A stretch of DNA of 52,474 nt, from assembly GCA_030141605.1 (NCBI GenBank), contig JAQGDQ010001245.1:1-52474 (forward strand), given 5' to 3'. The stretch comes from Tubiluchus corallicola (lineage: Eukaryota > Animalia > Priapulida). Below are positions 52,461-52,474 of this stretch, one piece after another. The notes beneath the pieces were generated by a model. The model searched no databases. It worked only from the letters and a program-made list of their open reading frames with translations, and had not been told where the DNA came from. Position 1 is the stretch's first letter, and each line of letters starts with the position of its first letter. A program made the translations under genes and the position numbers.

Positions 52461-52474
52461 TACCGGTGATAGTC

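Noticed and set aside
51639-52469. 276-aa Phe/Cys-rich ORF
   Set aside because: Translation of a degenerate tgtgccatttt repeat.

Overview
AT-rich eukaryotic (invertebrate animal-like) genomic DNA, dense in microsatellites, minisatellites, MITEs and LINE fragments. The left 32 kb holds the first 20 coding exons (2694 nt, 898 codons, continuing past the window start) of a minus-strand Elongator complex protein 1 gene (ELP1/IKBKAP). I traced these by hand with consistent phases, and one intron is GC-AG. A divergent plus-strand single coding exon (about 37826-39241, 453 aa from the first ATG) has an N-terminal helix resembling the Largen/PRR16-INSYN1 (DUF4589) family. The most unusual signals are: (1) a 15-unit tandem array of the ELP1 exon-7 splice acceptor plus exon start, where most copies are AG|GT sites that could be removed by recursive splicing; (2) further duplications of donor sites and of a polyA signal; (3) an orphan frameshifted USP19-like His-box exon with both splice sites inside an ELP1 intron; (4) a transposon-joined copy of ELP1's own exon-2 start in a later intron; (5) a foldback of two inverted 39-bp minisatellite arrays. 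No prokaryotic systems, CRISPR, tRNA or rRNA genes were found. Homology calls come from recalled sequences, not database searches.
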